Of a stretch of DNA of 64,000 bases, positions 58,918-64,000 are shown in pieces; positions within the stretch are counted from its first letter, which is position 1, and the number at the start of each line of letters is the position of its first letter. Source of the DNA: Bacteroidota bacterium. Lineage in GTDB: Bacteria > Bacteroidota > Ignavibacteria > UBA10030. The stretch spans positions 6,486 through 70,485 of the forward strand of contig JBBEEC010000059.1 of the NCBI GenBank assembly GCA_040880975.1, given 5' to 3'. The notes beneath the pieces were generated by a model. It searched no databases and was not told the origin of the DNA. It worked only from the letters and a program-made list of their open reading frames with translations. A program made the translations under genes and the position numbers.

Positions 58918-59117
58918 CGGACTTCGCGCTGCGAAAGAAACTGCAAACGAGACTTAAAGAGCCCGAGCAACAAGCGTTGTTCGCACACTGGTTGGAGAAC
59001 GCTGAGAATGCTCCACGAAATCAAATGTCTATTTAAAAAAATTAATGTCGAATTTTCGGTGGAGAAATAATTCCCACCATTGTATCATTGGGCTCATCAT
59101 TCGTATCTTAAGGAGTC

Positions 59118-60188
59118 ATGAGCATGTTGAGCCTTCCCCCCCAAACCGAGATGCAGCAAGCGACGCGACGCCGCGATCGCTCCTATGACGGTATTTTCTA
59201 CCTTGCAGTCCGGACCACGGGGATTTTCTGCCGTCCGTCCTGCCCTGCCAGAAAGCCCCTGCCGCGGAATGTCGAATTTTTTCCCACACCCCGCGAGGCC
59301 ATTTTTGCGGGATATCGGCCGTGCAAACGATGCCGCCCCATGGATGCCAACGGAACTCCGCCCGATTGGGCCAGCAAGCTTTTCGCGGCGATCGACGCCG
59401 ATCCCACCGCGCGGTATTCTGACTCACGTCTCCGTTTCATGGGCATCGATCCAGCTCGAGCCCGCCGGTTTTTCCTGAAGAATTACGGCATGACCTTTCA
59501 GGCCTATTGCAGAGGACGACGGCTTGGCGCGTCCCTCGAGCAGATCCGCCGTGGTGCCGACCTTGACGATGTGACTCTTGGATACGGATATTCATCGCAC
59601 AGCGGTTTTCGGGAGGCCTTTGTGAAGACATTCGGTACACCCCCGGGGAAAAGCAGAAACTCGGAGCATATCGTCACGACATGGATCGAAAGCCCCATCG
59701 GGCCACTCGTTGCAGCAGCAACATCGGAGGGAATTTGTCTGCTCGAATTCACCGACCGGAGAATGCTGGACAACCAGTTCGTACGGTTACGCCGTTATTT
59801 CAAATGCGCCATCGTACCCGGAACAAACAACCACCTTTTGCAACTACAAAAAGAACTCGCCGAGTATTTCGCCGGAACACGGGATCGATTCTCCGTATCG
59901 CTTGTATTTCCGGGAAGTCCTTTTGAGCAAAGGGTCTGGAAAGCACTCCTGACGATTCCGCCCGGAAAGACGGCCTCCTACGAAGAGATCGCGCGAAAGA
60001 TCGGATCACCGAAATCGAGCCGGGCCGTTGGACGGGCAAACGGATGCAACCGCATTGCGATCGTCATTCCGTGCCACCGCGTCATTAACAAAAACGGAGA
60101 GCTTGGAGGGTACGGAGGAGGGTTGTGGAGAAAAAAGAAGCTCCTGGAACTTGAAGGAAGCAAAGATCTTTTTACGGATTCGAACTGA
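59118..60188 (+). CDS. ada: Bifunctional Ada: N-terminal Zn methylphosphotriester-repair/AraC regulator plus C-terminal O6-methylguanine-DNA methyltransferase
   Basis: Ada_Zn_binding CRPSCPARK...CKRC cluster; AraC HTH; MGMT active site IPCHRVI. Confidence 0.9.
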   Translation: MSMLSLPPQTEMQQATRRRDRSYDGIFYLAVRTTGIFCRPSCPARKPLPRNVEFFPTPREAIFAGYRPCKRCRPMDANGTPPDWASKLFAAIDADPTARYSDSRLRFMGIDPARARRFFLKNYGMTFQAYCRGRRLGASLEQIRRGADLDDVTLGYGYSSHSGFREAFVKTFGTPPGKSRNSEHIVTTWIESPIGPLVAAATSEGICLLEFTDRRMLDNQFVRLRRYFKCAIVPGTNNHLLQLQKELAEYFAGTRDRFSVSLVFPGSPFEQRVWKALLTIPPGKTASYEEIARKIGSPKSSRAVGRANGCNRIAIVIPCHRVINKNGELGGYGGGLWRKKKLLELEGSKDLFTDSN

Positions 60189-61335
60189 TCAGATGCGTCA
60201 GCGTCCGAACGACAAGCGTTGTCGCAAGGAGCGGATCATCTTCCTTGTTGGGGGAACCAAACGGATTCGCAAAGCTGCCGTCCTCGTTTTGTCGTTCCCG
60301 CAATAATCTGACCATTTCGTTTTTCCAACTCCCCTTTTTTTCCATTGCTTTGTAGACCTCAGCCCGGACCGAAAGGTGATAAAAAAAGAGCACCTTTCTC
60401 CAGTGATCAGGATCGTCTTCTGGAATTCCCGCCGGATAGTCGAGGGTCGAATTTGCCTCCAGCCATTGAAGAGCTGCTTGTACCGGTTCGCTTTTCGGCA
60501 GTTCTCCCGAAGCCAACAACGCCATGACTCCGCCGCACGTGGCCGTTGCATAACTGCGATACGCATTCTCATCTTTTCCGGCCTTGTTCTGATCGAGCAC
60601 GACGGGCGAGAAATAGAATCCTCCGTCATAGGCATTCGCCGGAGATTGTTTGTGAGAAGGATGCTTCTGAAGAAGCCGCAGGAATTGTATCGTCTTCTTC
60701 AAAGACGTTGAGTCGTTCCACCCTGCTTCCCGCAACGCTTCCAGTACGTGCCGGGTATGCGACAGATCCACATGGCCCACGGTCCCTTTCGGGAGATTCG
60801 TTTCGCCAAACCCCCAGCTTCCGTACGCAAGATGATTGGACCGTATACCGCGTTGCTCCGTGAATTGCTCGCGCACAAGGTAGGCCGTCATGGTGCGAAT
60901 GAGACCGAAGTCCGAAGGATCCCTCTGCCTGAGGAGAACGCGCAACGCATACGCGGTCGAATAATTCGGATACTCAATGATATCCGGATCCGCCAGGCCG
61001 AGGACACCCTTGTCATTGATATGGTTCCGGAGGAATTGACACGCAATTTGTATGTGGGCTGAATCGGCCTCGACAACCCCGGAAGGAACATCCATCAGGG
61101 CAGAAAGAATATAGGGAGTCAGCGTTTGGCCCGTCCGCATCACTCCGTGCATCTCGCTGTGCCAGCCGCCATCGGCTTCCTGATGCTCCCAAAGGTACGC
61201 TGTCGCTCTCGCGAGAATACGCTCCGCTTCCGACAAGTGCCGCATCTCCCCGCCTCCGCATTGCAGGAATAACGCTGCACAAATGGAAGCGAGGAGGGAG
61301 CGTTGAAGAAATGCTATTGTGATTATTTTCTTCAA
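60172..61335 (-). CDS. Secreted alpha/alpha-toroid protein (prenyltransferase / squalene-oxidase repeat family), paralogue 1
   Basis: Signal or lipoprotein N-terminus (MKKIITIAFLQRSLLASICAALFLQCGG). Repeats of the QxxDGGW/DGSF type (QEADGGWHSE, NEDGSFAN). Confidence 0.75.
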   Translation of the reverse strand: MKKIITIAFLQRSLLASICAALFLQCGGGEMRHLSEAERILARATAYLWEHQEADGGWHSEMHGVMRTGQTLTPYILSALMDVPSGVVEADSAHIQIACQFLRNHINDKGVLGLADPDIIEYPNYSTAYALRVLLRQRDPSDFGLIRTMTAYLVREQFTEQRGIRSNHLAYGSWGFGETNLPKGTVGHVDLSHTRHVLEALREAGWNDSTSLKKTIQFLRLLQKHPSHKQSPANAYDGGFYFSPVVLDQNKAGKDENAYRSYATATCGGVMALLASGELPKSEPVQAALQWLEANSTLDYPAGIPEDDPDHWRKVLFFYHLSVRAEVYKAMEKKGSWKNEMVRLLRERQNEDGSFANPFGSPNKEDDPLLATTLVVRTLTHLISSNP

Positions 61336-61336
61336 T

Positions 61337-62560
61337 TTACTTTCCTTGTTTTTGATGTTCCTTCACAAGCAGGTCTGCATCGCGATCCGCCGTCAAGGTC
61401 ATGATCACGGCCGCCGTGCAGAATACGGGACTGGTGATACAGTGATGCCCGCCCCAGCTGCCGTTGCCTTCCTGAATCTTTTCCAGACGCCGGCTCATGT
61501 TCTGGTACCACGCATCATATTCGGAATCACGCGTGATCACCATGGATTCGGCGGTCATCATGTAGCTCAGATATTCCTCTCCGCCGTTGTTCCCGAAGCC
61601 GGCCATCACGGATTCATCTGAGAGCATTTTCTGCGCGGTCTTGTTTTGTTTGTGCGCCTTCGCCAACCGATCTACATCTTTTTCCGACACACCCGCACCC
61701 ATCAGGTTCTCCTTGCTGACGGAAGCATTGTCCCGGAGAAGTCCGCGACGCTTTGCTTCGCTGATCCGGCGGTCGGCATCGCGCGCTTCTGGTGCTGTAG
61801 CTCTTTGGTTGCTCGTAATGGAATACAATGACACGCCGGCTGAGCTTTCCGTTCGAACTTCGCCGGTTTTTGCATCGACGTTACTTTTTTGGTATTCCCG
61901 TGAGCGCTCGAGGATTTCTTCATCGATCGGCGCCCCGACTGCCTGTGCGGCTTCGAGGGCGGAATTCGCCATGGCAGACTGCAGCACTCCGGCCCACCCG
62001 CCGCCCGCCCAGCTTCCATCCCGGGCTTGCCCGCGTTCGATCTTGCGGAGGCATTTGTTCAGAGCTTCGGTTACGCGTTTCCTGAGTTTCGCATCCCGTG
62101 ATGTCTGGGGAAGGGCCCTGGAGAAAAACTGGGCGCACAGGGTGACATCAACATTCTGACCCATCTTGGCCTGCGGCTGTGTTCCTGTGAGGGAAGTGAT
62201 GTTGGCACCTTCTTCCGGAGATGCTTCGGCCATTTCAAGAAGATAAGACAAAGCTCTTGAAATATTTTTCGAATAGGGCCCGTCACGGAGCGTACTTCCG
62301 GACCGCATGAGAGCCATCGCGGAAAACGCGGTCGTTGCCGGATCAATCTGCACAATCCGTGGGTCGCGGACCGATTGATTTGAGTGACTTCCGGCACCCC
62401 ACCCGCCGTTTTCAAACTGCGCGGCAGCAAGCCAGGCAAGGCCCTTGTTCAGGAACTGCGGGACGGTCCGATCGGGACCTGGTCCCTCGGTCTGAATCCG
62501 ATGCGGCGCGATGGTCCCGGCGGCCACCAGCACCAGCGAAAACTGCATGAAGCGGTTCAT
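61337..62560 (-). CDS. Secreted alpha/alpha-toroid protein (prenyltransferase / squalene-oxidase repeat family), paralogue 2
   Basis: Signal peptide; FENGGWGAG, ARDGSWAGGGWAG and GNGSWGG repeat motifs. Adjacent to paralogue 1 with a 1-nt gap. Confidence 0.75.
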   Translation of the reverse strand: MNRFMQFSLVLVAAGTIAPHRIQTEGPGPDRTVPQFLNKGLAWLAAAQFENGGWGAGSHSNQSVRDPRIVQIDPATTAFSAMALMRSGSTLRDGPYSKNISRALSYLLEMAEASPEEGANITSLTGTQPQAKMGQNVDVTLCAQFFSRALPQTSRDAKLRKRVTEALNKCLRKIERGQARDGSWAGGGWAGVLQSAMANSALEAAQAVGAPIDEEILERSREYQKSNVDAKTGEVRTESSAGVSLYSITSNQRATAPEARDADRRISEAKRRGLLRDNASVSKENLMGAGVSEKDVDRLAKAHKQNKTAQKMLSDESVMAGFGNNGGEEYLSYMMTAESMVITRDSEYDAWYQNMSRRLEKIQEGNGSWGGHHCITSPVFCTAAVIMTLTADRDADLLVKEHQKQGK

Positions 62561-62783
62561 AAAGCCTCCAAAGTGTATGGAAAATGATTATGGGAATAAA
62601 GGGCGTTGGTATTGATGTTTTGAAGAGACAAAAGGTAAATGAGCAAATCCTCGTCTAAAGCCGGGCATGAAAGATTCACCTAATGACCCAATAACTGATA
62701 CCTCATCGGCTTGGGTGGTGTCCTCTTTTGTCTACCGCGCCGCAAGAAGTCGTTGAAACGACTCATGGAATTGGGAGCGAGCG

Positions 62784-62854
62784 GGTATTCCCCCCAACTT
62801 CCTGTCCGCCGAAGTGCGCTGTATGCACGCAGGCGGAAAGTTTGGGGGGAATAC
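62784..62854. repeat. 13-bp perfect inverted repeat GTATTCCCCCCAA / TTGGGGGGAATAC with 44-nt loop containing nested TCCGCC / GGCGGA pairing
   Basis: Read directly. Sits in a 463-nt divergent intergenic region that also holds the AGTCGTT-GA-AACGACT and CCGTT-TTAA-CGG hairpins and CTCGGCTTGG repeats. Confidence 0.55.
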
Positions 62855-63023
62855 AACCAGCACAATGTCACCAAGAACCGTTTTAACGGTTTCCTGTTAC
62901 CGTAGAAACCCAAATGAGGACACTACCTCGGCTTGGCCCTCATTGATTTTCCCCGCGAAGAAGTCTATACTAGACCTCGGAACGGTTTGAGCTGCCGGAT
63001 TTCCCACTTTCTCGGAGGGCGTC

Positions 63024-63455
63024 ATGGAACAACCGAAGATCCATTATCCTGCTGTCATTGTTGCAGCCCTCATTCAATTTTTCATCGGATGGTTGTGGTA
63101 CGGAATGCTCTTTATGAAGCCTTGGATTGAGGCAACGGGAGTTCCCATGGATGCGGCGCAATCCATGAGTGGGGGGCAGATGGCAATGATGTATGTCGGA
63201 TCGCTTATGGCTTTTCTCGTCGTGTACTACATCATGGCCCACTTCGTCAGTTACACAAAATCCACAACAGCCAAGCAAGGCATGCAGACCGGATTCTGGT
63301 TATGGCTTGGATTCGTCGCCACCACGATCCTGGTGAACATCACTTATACGATGAAGCCCCTTTTGTTATGGCTCATTGACGGGGGCTATTGGCTCGTGTG
63401 CATGTTGGCGGGTGGTGCGTTGCTGGCCATATGGCGGAAGAAGGAAACTGTGTAA
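63024..63455 (+). CDS. DUF1761 family membrane protein
   Basis: 143 aa, 4 TM, N-terminus HYPAVIVAALIQFFIGWLWYGMLFMKPW typical of DUF1761. Confidence 0.7.
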   Translation: MEQPKIHYPAVIVAALIQFFIGWLWYGMLFMKPWIEATGVPMDAAQSMSGGQMAMMYVGSLMAFLVVYYIMAHFVSYTKSTTAKQGMQTGFWLWLGFVATTILVNITYTMKPLLLWLIDGGYWLVCMLAGGALLAIWRKKETV

Positions 63456-63496
63456 TCATAAACTACCAACTTAGGCACGATTCCATCCTCCCGTGC

Positions 63497-64000
63497 ATGA
63501 ATAAATCCGACCCTCTTGAACGATACATTCCGCTTGGCGCCAAGATTGCGGTTTATATTCTGCTTGCCGTCTATCTCGTTCAAGCTGCTGATGTATTCTA
63601 TGAATACACACCGGGCCGTTCGTGGCCGTTCCTTTTGAGTGCCATTCGTAACGGCATTTTCCTCTTTATTCATGAGGGCGGGCACGCTCTGTTCTACTTC
63701 TTCGGGCGAACGCTGAATATTTTGGGCGGATCCTTCTGGCAGATAGCTTTTCCGCTGATTTCTTTTATTCTTGCGATCCGAAAGGGCTCTCACTTCATAG
63801 CTCCCTTTGCGTTGTTCTGGGTCGGCACGAACATGATGGATGTCAGCCTCTACATGCGTGATGCGCCTTTGAGAATGCTCCCTCTCCTCGGCGGCCATAA
63901 ATCGTGGCACGACTGGTGGAACTTGTTCCGCGAATGGGACATACTCGACTCGGCGGGCACGTGGGCTGATTTGTTTTACTTCAGCGGATTGTTCGTCGGT
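63497..64000 (+). CDS. Partial (3'-truncated by window edge) polytopic membrane protein with HEGGH (HExxH) motif; putative intramembrane metalloprotease-like
   Basis: ATG at 63497. The open frame runs to the window end (168 codons). FIHEGGHALFYFFGR in a TM helix. Absent from the ORF track because no stop is present. Confidence 0.5.
   Translation, partial: MNKSDPLERYIPLGAKIAVYILLAVYLVQAADVFYEYTPGRSWPFLLSAIRNGIFLFIHEGGHALFYFFGRTLNILGGSFWQIAFPLISFILAIRKGSHFIAPFALFWVGTNMMDVSLYMRDAPLRMLPLLGGHKSWHDWWNLFREWDILDSAGTWADLFYFSGLFVG

Noticed and set aside
62680-62913. Overlapping 77-aa (minus) and 64-aa (plus) ORFs
   Set aside because: They sit on top of dense inverted repeats; no RBS; Arg-rich products typical of translating GC-rich hairpins.

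Overview
This is a gene-dense chromosomal segment of about 58% GC, from a Gram-negative bacterium. TonB-dependent receptor/PepSY, TonB, porin, lipoprotein and histone-H1-like genes hint at an FCB-group-like lineage, but this is not certain. Most of the window is core metabolism.

Recognisable content:
- A complete histidine operon, hisGDCBHA F IE (13733-20694). It is preceded by a YerC/YecD TrpR-like regulator gene whose start codon sits inside a perfect palindrome, and a near-copy of that palindrome abuts the hisG start.
- etfBA; threonine dehydratase; Xaa-Pro aminopeptidase; an orphan AmmeMemoRadiSam radical SAM gene; an MFS pump followed by three overlapping unknown membrane-protein genes.
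- An ApbE flavin-transferase operon (FMN-binding protein, 4-TM protein, Tat-ApbE, DUF59) plus a response regulator.
- A feoA-feoB operon with a translationally coupled Cys-rich mini-ORF.
- Glycan-degrading enzymes: GH20-like, GH13, GH130/43-like lipoprotein, GH47.
- A 959-aa Upf1-like SF1B helicase with unassigned N- and C-terminal domains.
- A zinc-ribbon/DksA-like gene pair with a structured leader; a sensor kinase; glycerate kinase; a TonB-dependent receptor plus PepSY protein; ada; two tandem secreted alpha/alpha-toroid paralogues; a DUF1761 protein; and a partial HExxH membrane protein at the right edge.

Non-coding signals:
- A strong sigma70-like promoter followed by a UUCG hairpin and an intrinsic terminator, which looks like an ~85-nt sRNA gene (27626-27745).
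- Several nested palindromes.
- A family of low-complexity purine-arm/pyrimidine-arm hairpin elements. One ~170-bp member occurs twice in the window in opposite orientation, and its sub-motifs (GATTGCGGA, GTGAAGGG, CTTCAC) recur at other intergenic sites.

No rRNA, tRNA, CRISPR array, transposase or integrase was recognised. Coordinates of starts reassigned within table ORFs were derived by codon arithmetic and checked against the printed sequence.
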